A stretch of DNA of 64,000 nt from a virus. Taxonomy: Duplodnaviria > Heunggongvirae > Uroviricota > Caudoviricetes. The notes under the pieces were generated by a model. The model ran no database searches. It was not told the DNA's origin and saw only the letters and a list, made by a program, of their open reading frames with translations. This document shows, in pieces, positions 48,313 through 57,437 of the stretch; position 1 is the first letter of the stretch; each line of letters begins with the position of its first letter. The stretch covers positions 1,475 through 65,474 of the IMG/VR virus record IMGVR_UViG_3300029742_000285; one strand, given 5' to 3'. The translations under genes were made by a program, and so were the position numbers.

Positions 48313-48684
48313 TTAAGAAATGGACGCGGGCGCACCAGCGTGGGAACGGCAGAAGCAGCCAAAATACTTGAACGTGCCTGTGCCAGTGGCAGACGTTGCA
48401 ACGCGGGTAGCGTAGCGGGTGCGAGTGTGGATGCTTTCAGCGGTTGCCTGAGCGCAGTTGCAGTCGGTCAGAGGGTATGCGGTCGTTCCTGCACCGATGG
48501 TAATGACCACAGGAGCGTTGATGGTGGTCGTGTCCGGGATGCTCTGGGCAACTACGATGCAATACTTCTCTCCGTTCTGGTATGCGCCAGCAGGGATGTT
48601 GATGGTCAGCGTGTCATTGGCGAACGTCACCGCATCCGAGATGACGAGGTGCGGGCACAGACGGCAGCTTGTTTTGCAAGCCAT
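48313..48684 (-). CDS. Thr/Ala-rich, Cys-containing small protein of unknown function
   Basis: 123 aa. CxxC near the N-terminus, CNC and CFC motifs. Confidence 0.35.
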   Translation of the reverse strand: MACKTSCRLCPHLVISDAVTFANDTLTINIPAGAYQNGEKYCIVVAQSIPDTTTINAPVVITIGAGTTAYPLTDCNCAQATAESIHTRTRYATRVATSATGTGTFKYFGCFCRSHAGAPASIS

Positions 48685-48770
48685 AATGTTTTCCTCCTAT
48701 AAAAATCAGGGGCAGAGGTGTCTTGCCCCTGCCCCGATGGTTCACCCGGTGTTATCGGGGAGTGTGTTGG

Positions 48771-49643
48771 TTAGCAGCAGCCGCAGCAGTTCACGCCCAC
48801 GTTGGGGTTTGCCACCTGATAAGCGGGAATCGGACGAGGATTGACCCGATTCAGGATGGTATCAGTCTGCTGGGACATCACGGTGGTCAGAAGCGCATTC
48901 TGCCGATCCTGAGAAGCGGCAAACTTGAGGTTCTGGTTCTCAGCGGTCAGAGTTGCGATCTTGTCCTGCGTGAAGTAGTCCATCATGCTGCGGAAGTTGG
49001 CGTTGCAGTTGTCCACGATGGCGCGGGCATTGTCTGCGATGGCCTGCCGGGTGGCACAGTCTTCCGTTGCGATGGTGTACTTCAGGTCGCCGATCAGCTG
49101 CTTGTTCTCGCAGCAGCAAGATGCCAGCTGCGTGGCAAGAGCGGTCTGACCCGCCTGCCGTGCGTTGCCTTCCTGCATGATAGCAAGGCTGATGGCATTG
49201 TCGCCGTTGGACACGCTGCGTTCCAGGCCGTTCACCAGCTGTGCGTTCTGGTAGCCAAGCTGACAGATGGCACTGTTCACGCCTGCAAAGCCGTTCGCGA
49301 TGTTGGTGTTGACGCCGTTGATCTGCGCCAGCTGGTCATACCCCAGAGAGCAGATACCGCTCTGGATGCCCGCCAGAGAGCGGGAGGTATCCTGCTGATA
49401 AAAGCCCTCAGACAGAGCCGCGCGGGTGTCGTTGCCGCCCTGCCCGGTTGCGCCAGTGCCGACCAGATAGGGGATGTAGCTCGCCATACCGTTGTCGCTG
49501 CCGTTGCGCCCGTTGCCGTAGTTGCCCCAGCCGAAGATGATAGCGAGGATAATAACAGCCCAAAGACCCTCGTTGCCGAAGAATCCGCCGTTGTTATTGC
49601 CGCCGTCCTGCCCAGCCAGATAGCCAGTTGCAAAATCGTCCAT
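48771..49643 (-). CDS. Gly/Asn-rich membrane-anchored protein with internal repeats and C-terminal CCGCC
   Basis: Starts MDDFATGY. TM helix LWAVIILAIIFGW. Repeats GIQSGICSLGY / VNSAICQLGY. Ends VNCCGCC. Confidence 0.35.
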   Translation of the reverse strand: MDDFATGYLAGQDGGNNNGGFFGNEGLWAVIILAIIFGWGNYGNGRNGSDNGMASYIPYLVGTGATGQGGNDTRAALSEGFYQQDTSRSLAGIQSGICSLGYDQLAQINGVNTNIANGFAGVNSAICQLGYQNAQLVNGLERSVSNGDNAISLAIMQEGNARQAGQTALATQLASCCCENKQLIGDLKYTIATEDCATRQAIADNARAIVDNCNANFRSMMDYFTQDKIATLTAENQNLKFAASQDRQNALLTTVMSQQTDTILNRVNPRPIPAYQVANPNVGVNCCGCC

Positions 49644-49782
49644 AACAAAACTCCTTTCAGTTTTGCGTATGCTATCCCACCGCCGTATGCGATGGGCGAA
49701 GCCAAACAAATGCGGTTTTTGTCAAGTCCGCAAAACTGAGAAGCGTTTCGCTTAGAGAGATGCTTATTTTAGGGTTGTTAAG

Positions 49783-49944
49783 TCAGCTCGGAGGGTTGCC
49801 TTTTTTATCTTTTGAGTCATCCCAATTTTTGCTGGCAGCACCGAAAATGAAGCCAAGCATTAAAGGAACCCATATTTTGTCATCGCCACACAGATTGTTG
49901 ATGTCAAAATCTTTTTCGGAATGGCTGTTTTCAAAATCATCCAT
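49783..49944 (-). CDS. Small membrane protein (53 aa), MDDF-start paralog of the downstream gene N-terminus
   Basis: RBS GAAGTGAGGAGACTTTGCA ATG. TM helix IWVPLMLGFIFGAA. Confidence 0.3.
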   Translation of the reverse strand: MDDFENSHSEKDFDINNLCGDDKIWVPLMLGFIFGAASKNWDDSKDKKGNPPS

Positions 49945-49956
49945 TGCAAAGTCTCC

Positions 49957-50208
49957 TCACTTCGGAAGCGTCAAATTCAGGACGCTTGCCAGCTGGTTCA
50001 GGTCGATGCCACGCTCTTTGGCGAGGTTCTGCGCCATCGTTCGGAGTTGCGCTTCGTTTTTGCCCTGAATCAGGTTCAAGCCCTGCATGATAGGAGCATT
50101 CTGCCCGCTTAACTGCTGGATAAGACCCATCGGGTTTTGTCCGGCACGAGCCAGATTTGCAAGCTGCATGATAGGGCTGTGAGTAATCATATCAAACGGA
50201 GAGGACAT
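49957..50208 (-). CDS. Hypothetical Gln/Leu-rich protein (83 aa)
   Basis: ORF in the operon. Confidence 0.3.
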   Translation of the reverse strand: MSSPFDMITHSPIMQLANLARAGQNPMGLIQQLSGQNAPIMQGLNLIQGKNEAQLRTMAQNLAKERGIDLNQLASVLNLTLPK

Positions 50209-50211
50209 CGC

Positions 50212-50730
50212 TTATTCTCCTTTCTTCGCTGCGGCAGTGGGTTTAGAAAAGCTCTTCTGCCACTTTTCCAGTTCATCCAGACGGTGGACGAGGGTGTTGT
50301 ACTGCTCAATAGGCACATACTGCTGTGTCGGTGCAGCGGTCTGCTGTGCCTGTTGTGCTTGCATCTGCCGCCATGCTTCCGGGCTGTAAAACTCCTGCAC
50401 ATAGGATTCGCAGGTGTCTGGGTTAAGCCGCTTGCAGTAGATCACGCCGCTGCGCAAGTCTGGGCAGTAGGTCGGTCTGCCATACAGGTCTGAAGGTATT
50501 GCCAAAAATTCTTCCCTGCTGGAAACAGGTCTGCCGAGCAGCCAACCGCCATCTTGTGCCGACTGCTGAACAGGCTGCTGCCCATTCATCGGCTGCGGAC
50601 GCTGCGGTTGTGCCTGTTGCATCTGCGTGTTGGGCAGGGAAGTGGCAAGCCCTACCGTGCCCATGCCGCCGTAAGGATTGACAGGCTGCTGCGGAACGTA
50701 AGGCGCTCCGGGTGCCGGATAATAGCTCAT
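50212..50730 (-). CDS. Pro/Gln-rich low-complexity protein with Cys-containing C-terminal domain
   Basis: Start MSYYPAPGAPYVPQQP preceded by CAAGGAGGGATG. Confidence 0.35.
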   Translation of the reverse strand: MSYYPAPGAPYVPQQPVNPYGGMGTVGLATSLPNTQMQQAQPQRPQPMNGQQPVQQSAQDGGWLLGRPVSSREEFLAIPSDLYGRPTYCPDLRSGVIYCKRLNPDTCESYVQEFYSPEAWRQMQAQQAQQTAAPTQQYVPIEQYNTLVHRLDELEKWQKSFSKPTAAAKKGE

Positions 50731-50884
50731 AAAACATCCCTCCTTGTGCATCCAGTGTACCGCATCGGCAGAAACCGAGAGACAACGAACGCACAACGAA
50801 GGGCAAAAAAGAAAAGCGGCAGACCCGAAAGCCTGCCGCTTCAATGCGTTTCGTGAGAAATCACACCCAATTAAAATTATGGTA

Positions 50885-51178
50885 TCACACATCCAGCATT
50901 TTATCAATGATTTTCAACCTATTGCCGATTGATGTCCGACAATACGGCACACGCGCTGCAATATCAACTTGGCATAGCTGGTCAACGTACCGCAACCGGG
51001 CGATTTTCCGGTCATACCTCCCAAGCGGCGCACGTTTTATCACAGCTTTTATCTGTTCTGCATTAAGCCCTTGCAACGCTGGCGGAAAGACTATGCGAGC
51101 CGCCGCCACAGGCAGCACCGAGCCAGAAGGGCTGCGGCAGCTGTCCGGCGTTGCGCACCATAGTGCCAAGCGCGGCAA
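50885..51178 (-). CDS. Sigma-70 region-4-like HTH segment. Possibly the C-terminal part of a frameshifted ArpU/RinA-like late regulator continuing from the 51063-51341 frame.
   Basis: LNAEQIKAVIKRAPLGRYDRKIARLRYVDQLCQVDIAARV resembles sigma region 4. Overlaps a second ORF (51063-51419) in another frame. Confidence 0.25.
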   Translation of the reverse strand: MPRLALWCATPDSCRSPSGSVLPVAAARIVFPPALQGLNAEQIKAVIKRAPLGRYDRKIARLRYVDQLCQVDIAARVPYCRTSIGNRLKIIDKMLDV

Positions 51179-51351
51179 ACCGGTGACAAAACGTCACCAT
51201 TTCGCCAACGTTGTCAAAATGGTATGTTTTCGTGAGACCACGAAAACGTGCGCAGACCATTTTCGTGGCGTGCCGAAATTGCTCTTGTGCGGCGTACATT
51301 TTGCTGGTGTCAACAAAATGCTCGTATGTAGTGCTTGCCATGATATCCTCC

Positions 51352-51576
51352 TTACAGTGTGATTTCCTCAGCGTTCGCCTTGTCTTTCGCATCCAGAGCG
51401 TCGTAGTACGCCTGTGCAAGGGCTTCCACCTCTGCGATATCGTCCTCCGTCAGCAGGCCGCTGTCCAGATGGGTGTACGCTTTGTCCAGCCAGTATGCCA
51501 CATCGCGTCCTGCGGCGATTTCTCGCTTGATGGAGCGCAGGGTCAGGTCGTGGCGGGCTTTGGATTTAATTGCCAT
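51352..51576 (-). CDS. Hypothetical protein (74 aa)
   Basis: RBS AAGGAGG upstream. Confidence 0.3.
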   Translation of the reverse strand: MAIKSKARHDLTLRSIKREIAAGRDVAYWLDKAYTHLDSGLLTEDDIAEVEALAQAYYDALDAKDKANAEEITL

Positions 51577-51586
51577 GTGTGCCTCC

Positions 51587-52759
51587 TTATGTGGTAGTCA
51601 TGGACGCGATTGCGTCCTCCAGCTTTTTGATTGCGATGTTTACGTCCCTCTGATACCCCAGCCGGATTCCCGCACCGTCACCAGCCTGCACCACCGTGTC
51701 AGGGCCGTAAGTGGTAAGGGCTTTGTAGGCGGCGATTTCGTCAGGGGTGAGCGGGGTTTCGATGGGAGTGGCGAGTATTGCATTCTGCTCAGCCAACGGC
51801 TTGGTGCTGTCGAAAGCCGCTTTATCTACCCTCTGCACTCGCACCCCTCTCTCCAAGTCCACCTCGTCACACATCCACTGCTGGCCTGTGCTGTCAGTGT
51901 AGCTGCCGCCAGAGGCGACGGGGATGCCGGGTAAGCCGCCGGGTGTGGGGAGCGTGAGGAGCTGTTCACGGTAGGGGGAGTAGGCGGTGATAGCGTTTCT
52001 TGTTAAAGAAACTTGAACAGTGGTATTTAACGTTGTACCTTTTTTGATTTGTAGGCGGAGTGAAAACTCCACGTCTCTGGTAAGCGTTACTTTCTGGTTT
52101 TGCACATCAGAGGAATATTTCCCGACGAAATAGAAGTTGAGCGTGACAGAAGGACTTAGCCCACTAGCCGTTAGGTAGTAAATACCACGAGTTAAAGGGT
52201 GTGCCACATCATCGTGTAAGAGTATGGTAAAATCGTTGGTAGCCGTACCAGTAATTAAAAAACCATTTTCATAGGTAGTGTAAGTTATTCCGTATACGGT
52301 CGATTTCACACCGGGTTTAGTGCCCTCTAGCATGTTTGCTCCCGTTACTTTCACCGCCACGCTCCCGTTCTCGCCAGCGCTCACGATAGGCACAGGTGCA
52401 TCCGGCGTGGGTGTGCCGTCCTGCGTGCCGCTGTTGGCGCTGACACGGTAGTGCAGGTCTGCGCTGGTGACGGTCTTTGCGCCGTCGCTACCCTCAAAGG
52501 TGACGCACCCGCTCCCGGGCTGTGCGGTCACGCTGGCAGGCACGTCCACATAGCCGTCCACCACCAGCGAGGCGGGAGGATCAGCGCCACCGGGGATGTG
52601 CCAAAATGCCCGGATAGCCAGCCCGGCCCACTCGCCGGTTGCATCGACGTGCAGGCGGTACACGCCTCGGTTCTTGGTGTAGCCAAAGCGCACCAGCTGC
52701 TCATAGCCCGGCACTTTGACGACGCCATTGGATGCGAGAGATACGCTTTGCTCGATCAT
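51587..52759 (-). CDS. Beta-rich hypothetical protein (390 aa) downstream of the lysis cassette. Fiber/receptor-binding-like or cargo.
   Basis: Thr/Gly/Val-rich, no TM. Position after the holins. Confidence 0.35.
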   Translation of the reverse strand: MIEQSVSLASNGVVKVPGYEQLVRFGYTKNRGVYRLHVDATGEWAGLAIRAFWHIPGGADPPASLVVDGYVDVPASVTAQPGSGCVTFEGSDGAKTVTSADLHYRVSANSGTQDGTPTPDAPVPIVSAGENGSVAVKVTGANMLEGTKPGVKSTVYGITYTTYENGFLITGTATNDFTILLHDDVAHPLTRGIYYLTASGLSPSVTLNFYFVGKYSSDVQNQKVTLTRDVEFSLRLQIKKGTTLNTTVQVSLTRNAITAYSPYREQLLTLPTPGGLPGIPVASGGSYTDSTGQQWMCDEVDLERGVRVQRVDKAAFDSTKPLAEQNAILATPIETPLTPDEIAAYKALTTYGPDTVVQAGDGAGIRLGYQRDVNIAIKKLEDAIASMTTT

Positions 52760-52762
52760 AAA

Positions 52763-53098
52763 TTACTCCTTGTTGATGGTAGGCTTCTTTTCTGCCAGTG
52801 CCTTTTTCATCATGCTGACAGCCTTTTCAATCACACTGTCCAGCACTTCATCGGTGATGAAAGGCTTCAGCCAGTCCGGCAGGGCGCCGCGCAGCGCAGC
52901 AAAGACCTGTGCCTTTTTCTTGGCACCCTGACCGCTGCCCATGATGCTGTCCTCGGCGATGGTCACGAGCTCCAGTGCCCACTGCTTGACGTACTGCTTG
53001 TAGCCCAGCCGGATGGCACCAACGGCCAGCGCGGCAAAGCCGATGAGCATCAGTACCAGTGCGATGGGTGCGGGGATAAAATTAAACATTGCTTCCAT
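52763..53098 (-). CDS. Holin
   Basis: 111 aa, two N-terminal TM helices, charged C-terminus. Adjacent to the endolysin. Confidence 0.5.
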   Translation of the reverse strand: MEAMFNFIPAPIALVLMLIGFAALAVGAIRLGYKQYVKQWALELVTIAEDSIMGSGQGAKKKAQVFAALRGALPDWLKPFITDEVLDSVIEKAVSMMKKALAEKKPTINKE

Positions 53099-53101
53099 AA
53101 T

Positions 53102-53359
53102 TTAAGCTCCTTTCTGCTGTTCAAGATCTTCAATGCGATGGTTTGCCACCTTAATTTGTTCTTCCAGCACTGGCACACGCTGAGCGAAATTATTGTGCGC
53201 CCGGACTTCCCGGGCCAGCTCGTCCAGCTTAGTGTCGGTAATGGCCTGCTGTTTTTCCAGCTTGGCGTCCATGTTTTGAGCGGCCCTGCTGTTAGAGATA
53301 AGCACGCCGATCAGGCTCAGGCCGCCAGTTATGAGTGCTACGATGATCGCGTCGCTCAT
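53102..53359 (-). CDS. Holin-like / XhlA-like small membrane protein
   Basis: Start MSDAIIVALITGG overlapping the endolysin stop. One TM helix followed by a coiled coil. Confidence 0.4.
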   Translation of the reverse strand: MSDAIIVALITGGLSLIGVLISNSRAAQNMDAKLEKQQAITDTKLDELAREVRAHNNFAQRVPVLEEQIKVANHRIEDLEQQKGA

Positions 53360-54009
53360 TCGCCCTCCCGGAGACGGGTCAGACCCTTCTTGCTGATGAT
53401 ACCCGTATAGTCCTTGTATGCGTGGGACATGTCCACGTTGGTGGTCACACCGGGTACACGGGCCTTGCTGGTATACTGCCACATGCCAAAGGGCCAGCTG
53501 GGCGCGGGCTTCTTCGTGCGGTAGGCAGCCAGCCACACGTCGAAGGGCTTCAGGGCCGCGCCGCCCATGTAGAGGAAGGTACTGCCAAACCACAGGCCAG
53601 TGTAGAGCAGAGCATACACGCCCCAGCTTTCCACCGTGCTCAGCATGTGAGCCGTCAGGTTGGTCAGTGCGGCCTTGTCCAGCGGCTTCTGCGCCTCGTC
53701 CTCGATGTCCACGGCCACCGGCAGCTCAAAGCTCCGGCCGGTGAGCAGCTTTTTGAAATAGGCCAGCTCCTTGTCGGCCTGTTCCCGGTTGACTGCCTTA
53801 AAATAGCCATACACGCCGCAGGGAATGCCCAGCCGCTTGCATTCTGCATAGTTGCGGGCAAGCTGTGGGTCAGTGTAGGGAGCACTGGGCCTGCCCGATC
53901 CGCTGTTGCCCATGGCACGAATCATCACGCCGTCCACCTTCCCGCTTGCCTTGACCTTCTCCCAGTCGATCGTGCCCTGATATCGGGACACATCCATGAT
54001 TTCAGTCAT
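53356..54009 (-). CDS. Endolysin, glycoside hydrolase family 25 (muramidase)
   Basis: DVSRYQGTIDW motif. Start MTEIMDV with RBS AAGGAGG. Confidence 0.75.
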   Translation of the reverse strand: MTEIMDVSRYQGTIDWEKVKASGKVDGVMIRAMGNSGSGRPSAPYTDPQLARNYAECKRLGIPCGVYGYFKAVNREQADKELAYFKKLLTGRSFELPVAVDIEDEAQKPLDKAALTNLTAHMLSTVESWGVYALLYTGLWFGSTFLYMGGAALKPFDVWLAAYRTKKPAPSWPFGMWQYTSKARVPGVTTNVDMSHAYKDYTGIISKKGLTRLREGE

Positions 54010-54019
54010 AGCGTCCTCC

Positions 54020-54211
54020 TTACTGCGTGATTTCCTCAAAGCCGCTCTTGATGAGAATTGCCTTGACCTTCTCCTTCAGCAGGCGGGGGCAACGCTCGTA
54101 CAGAGCCTTTGCGTCCTCCATAGTCTCAGCGAACATAATTTCCTGTGCCCACAACTTAGCCATCATACGTACCAACCTTTCTAATTTTTGTGTGATTTTA
54201 TGCATAAACAA
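54020..54211 (-). CDS. Hypothetical small protein (XkdX-like position)
   Basis: 63-aa ORF between fiber and lysin. Confidence 0.3.
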   Translation of the reverse strand: MFMHKITQKLERLVRMMAKLWAQEIMFAETMEDAKALYERCPRLLKEKVKAILIKSGFEEITQ

Positions 54212-54590
54212 TCTCGCTCATTTCAAGCAAGCATTGCTTGAGCATCTCGTTTTCTTTTTGCAGTGCCGCCACCGTCTCCGGCAGCTTCTTCCAGGCTTCG
54301 GCCTTTTTGCGCTCTTCTTCCTGCGCGGCCAATTCTTCTTCCGTATAGCGGATGTATCTCTGCACCGGCACCTGTTCGGTCCATGCGGCCTGCGCAGGCA
54401 CGCCCGGCACGTCGATGATCTTCTGCACGTCCCTGCCACCGTTCGGATACTCGGTCACGGTCTCCCAGTGCCACTGCTCCTCCACGCCCTCTACGGCGGG
54501 GTGGGTGACTTCTTCGGTGTCAGCTGTCAGATAACCCAGCGTCAGGTCGGGGTTTTCGATGACCGCGCCGGTCTCGTCAATGATTTTCAT
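54198..54590 (-). CDS. Hypothetical acidic protein downstream of the tail fiber
   Basis: 130-aa ORF, RBS GAGGTTTTGACTT ATG. Confidence 0.3.
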   Translation of the reverse strand: MKIIDETGAVIENPDLTLGYLTADTEEVTHPAVEGVEEQWHWETVTEYPNGGRDVQKIIDVPGVPAQAAWTEQVPVQRYIRYTEEELAAQEEERKKAEAWKKLPETVAALQKENEMLKQCLLEMSEIVYA

Positions 54591-54608
54591 AAGTCAAAAC
54601 CTCCTTTC

Positions 54609-55553
54609 TCAGGCCACGCGGCGCCAGATGTGCACGTAGTAGGCGGCAGGCTGCACGGTGTTGCTGCGGCCGTAGATGGCATTAGACTTGGACGCATCCA
54701 GACTGAACTTATATACATCAGAAAAGGAATTGTATTCGCCCGTAGATGCGATCACGTTGCCGGCAGTGAATGCGCCGGATACCTTATGTTCACCCTTTTT
54801 TACATCCGCGACAAAAGAGCCTGTGATGTTCGGCAGTCCGGCCTTTACTGTGGTGCCCGCTGCGTGGCTGCTGCTGGCACCCATCAGCACGCGCTCCGAT
54901 GCGATCTGCTCCCATGTGCCGCCAAACAGGGCGGCAGGGCTGGTGGGGTCGGTGCTCTGGTAGATGCTGCCCACCGGGTAGTAGCCAAGCTTATCGGCGG
55001 CTTCCCCTTTCAGTGCGTCAATGACAGCTCGAAACTGCTGCACCAAAGTGCCGGTGGGGATGCCGGTCACGCCGTCCCGCATCACGCCGCAGACGGTCTC
55101 ATCTGCGCGCGTGTCGTAGATATCGGCGACGGTGACAGCGGTGGAGCCTGCGGGCACCGAAATGGTGCACAGGCCCAGCTCGTACTGATTATGGTTCTGC
55201 AGGATATCGGGCGGCTGTGCGGCCACGGCAGGCGTGCCGGTCTTGAGCTTGATCGCCGTGATATTCTCCGAGGTGTCAAACTGCAACACGACGCGATCCA
55301 CGCGGTTGAGGGTGTTGTCTGCTTCGGGGACGGTCAAGACGTTCTCTTCCCGACTGCACACAGATACGCCTTTAAAGTCGTCGTAATTGATCCATGCAAG
55401 GCCGGGCGCAACGGTGATCTGCCGTGTACCGGTGATACTGACAGCAAAGTTGGTCTCTTTGGAGTAGACGCCGGATGTGCGGGTGCACAGGTAGGTGGCC
55501 ACGTCCTCGGCGCTGTAAACCACGCCGTTCAGCGGATATGTGATAATGCTCAT
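54609..55553 (-). CDS. Tail fiber / receptor-binding protein with C-terminal phage tail-collar-like domain
   Basis: C-terminal GTWEQI...LPNITGSF pattern typical of the tail collar domain. Confidence 0.5.
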   Translation of the reverse strand: MSIITYPLNGVVYSAEDVATYLCTRTSGVYSKETNFAVSITGTRQITVAPGLAWINYDDFKGVSVCSREENVLTVPEADNTLNRVDRVVLQFDTSENITAIKLKTGTPAVAAQPPDILQNHNQYELGLCTISVPAGSTAVTVADIYDTRADETVCGVMRDGVTGIPTGTLVQQFRAVIDALKGEAADKLGYYPVGSIYQSTDPTSPAALFGGTWEQIASERVLMGASSSHAAGTTVKAGLPNITGSFVADVKKGEHKVSGAFTAGNVIASTGEYNSFSDVYKFSLDASKSNAIYGRSNTVQPAAYYVHIWRRVA

Positions 55554-56563
55554 TGTTTCCTCCTGATGATCGGGGTGCCGATCTCTGTGCTGACCGAGTT
55601 TTCACCTTTTTGGGAGCTCAGGGTCACAGAGGTAATGCGGGCAGCGGCCTGAATGTCCGTTCCGGGCAGGCTGGCCTCCACCACCATGCCCACCGTGATG
55701 CTGCCGGTGGGGGTGAAGCGGAAGTTTTCCAGCCGGGTATGTTTGGCAAGCTCCTGCTCGCCCTGTGCGCGCAGGGCGGCAAGATAGTCCGCCTGAGACT
55801 GGCCGCCTTCCTTCTTTTTGCTGGTAGCATCCACGATCAGCTCCCGCCGGGCAGAGCCGGTGTTCTCCGCTGCACCCACGGTGGCGGTGCCTTCCGCGCC
55901 AACGACCACGCACACATTTTTATAGCCCGTGATGCTCTCGGTATAGGTCAGGTCGGTCAGGTTGCCGTACTGCGGCGCATACCGGGCGTTCGGGTCGAGT
56001 TTTGGCCGGAACAGCTCAAACAGCAGTTTCGCTTCCGGCTGATCGAACCGCACCCGGAAGCCGATGTCCAGCTCCTGACACACCTGTTCGGCCAGCTTCA
56101 GCAGGCTGCCGGGCTTGACCTCGCCGCTGTAGGTGTCCGTCAGTCCTGCAGCATCGCCCAGTTCAAGGCAGGGCCACGCAGCAGCACTGGACACCAGACT
56201 TCGCAACGTTTCCTCTGCGGCAAAATTGCTCAGGGTGTCCGTGTGACCGCGTTCATCCAGAATGCAGGCGGCGTCTTTTGCGGCAATCACCAGCTTGTGG
56301 TCGGATTTCTGGGCCGACACGATGCGCATGAGCCGGTCGCTGCCCACCAGCCAAAGATACCGGTCCGGGCGGCACAGCGCCTGCAAAGCGGTCGTGTCGT
56401 GCAGCTCCAGCTGTGCACCCTGGGTGTCGCTATAGACGTTGTAGCGTTCCGGCCAGACCAGCGAGACCCAGCTTTCAATGCGGCCCAGCAGATTGAGCCG
56501 GATATCATAGACGCAGATGCTCTTGTGCCCGGATGCTGTCAGTGCAGAAATGATCTCAACCAT
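55550..56563 (-). CDS. Tail-associated protein (Tal-like, prophage tail family)
   Basis: 337 aa, directly after the Dit-like gene. Confidence 0.4.
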   Translation of the reverse strand: MVEIISALTASGHKSICVYDIRLNLLGRIESWVSLVWPERYNVYSDTQGAQLELHDTTALQALCRPDRYLWLVGSDRLMRIVSAQKSDHKLVIAAKDAACILDERGHTDTLSNFAAEETLRSLVSSAAAWPCLELGDAAGLTDTYSGEVKPGSLLKLAEQVCQELDIGFRVRFDQPEAKLLFELFRPKLDPNARYAPQYGNLTDLTYTESITGYKNVCVVVGAEGTATVGAAENTGSARRELIVDATSKKKEGGQSQADYLAALRAQGEQELAKHTRLENFRFTPTGSITVGMVVEASLPGTDIQAAARITSVTLSSQKGENSVSTEIGTPIIRRKQ

Positions 56564-57437
56564 TGGAACCCTCCGTGATGATGGTGGAATACGCTGCGTG
56601 CATGGTCAGCGTCAGGAAAAGCCAGCCGTCGCCGGATTTTGCGGTGCGCTGCCATGCCTGCGCACCGTGATACACCGTCCAAAGGGTACTGCTTCCGTCA
56701 AGGATGGAGAGCACGTCGTAGGCTTTACCGTCAATGAGCTGCTGGACCCGCAGCAGGTCGTTTTCGCGGTAGACCTGCAGCTCGTCGCCGTCCTGCAGGG
56801 TCGTAACAAAGCGCAGGTATTCGCCCGTTTCCGGGTTAAGGACGCCGGGATTGACCACGGGCCCTCTGGCCGACAGTGAAAGCCGAAAGTTCTGGGTATC
56901 CAGACCGCTGTTGACGATGCGGATATAATCGCCCTGCTCCCGGATGCCGAACTGGTGCGCGTCGTAGCACACCGGCAGGCGGAACACAGGTGTCACCTTG
57001 ATGGTCGCGGCCAGCGTTCCCTCTACACTGTTCCAATAGGGGTTGGGGCAGTACAGCTGAAAGCTGAAGGTGGGCCAGAGCAGCGCCGCACTGATGGCCG
57101 GACAGCGCTGCACCTCGGCGTCACACCAGTATTTCCCGGCCACGGTGAAACGCCCGGTCACGCCCGGCGCAAACACGTCCCGCAGCTGACGCTTGCAGTA
57201 ATCGGCATTGCGCAGGATACGCCCGGTGATGGTGCGGGTGACGCCGGAAATGCTGCGGCTCTCCACAGGAGCACCCACCTGCTGATAACCCTGACTGGTT
57301 TCCAGATCCACGGGCAGGTCGCCCAGCGGGTCACAGCTCCACAGCACGCTGGCCTTGTAGCCAAAGGCAAAGCTCTGTCCGGTGCTGGAGGTAAAAACAG
57401 CGTCAAACACCCTGCAGCACCGCCCTTTCCTGCTCAT
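56556..57437 (-). CDS. Distal tail protein (Dit-like)
   Basis: 293 aa, immediately downstream of the TMP. Confidence 0.45.
   Translation of the reverse strand: MSRKGRCCRVFDAVFTSSTGQSFAFGYKASVLWSCDPLGDLPVDLETSQGYQQVGAPVESRSISGVTRTITGRILRNADYCKRQLRDVFAPGVTGRFTVAGKYWCDAEVQRCPAISAALLWPTFSFQLYCPNPYWNSVEGTLAATIKVTPVFRLPVCYDAHQFGIREQGDYIRIVNSGLDTQNFRLSLSARGPVVNPGVLNPETGEYLRFVTTLQDGDELQVYRENDLLRVQQLIDGKAYDVLSILDGSSTLWTVYHGAQAWQRTAKSGDGWLFLTLTMHAAYSTIITEGSNG

Noticed and set aside
48723-49739. 338-aa plus-strand ORF
   Set aside because: Antisense to the MDDF/Gly-Asn-rich gene in a GC-rich region. The minus-strand gene has an RBS and a TM helix.
54027-55652. 541-aa plus-strand ORF
   Set aside because: Antisense to the tail fiber gene. 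GC-rich open frame without RBS. Product Arg/Gly/His-rich.
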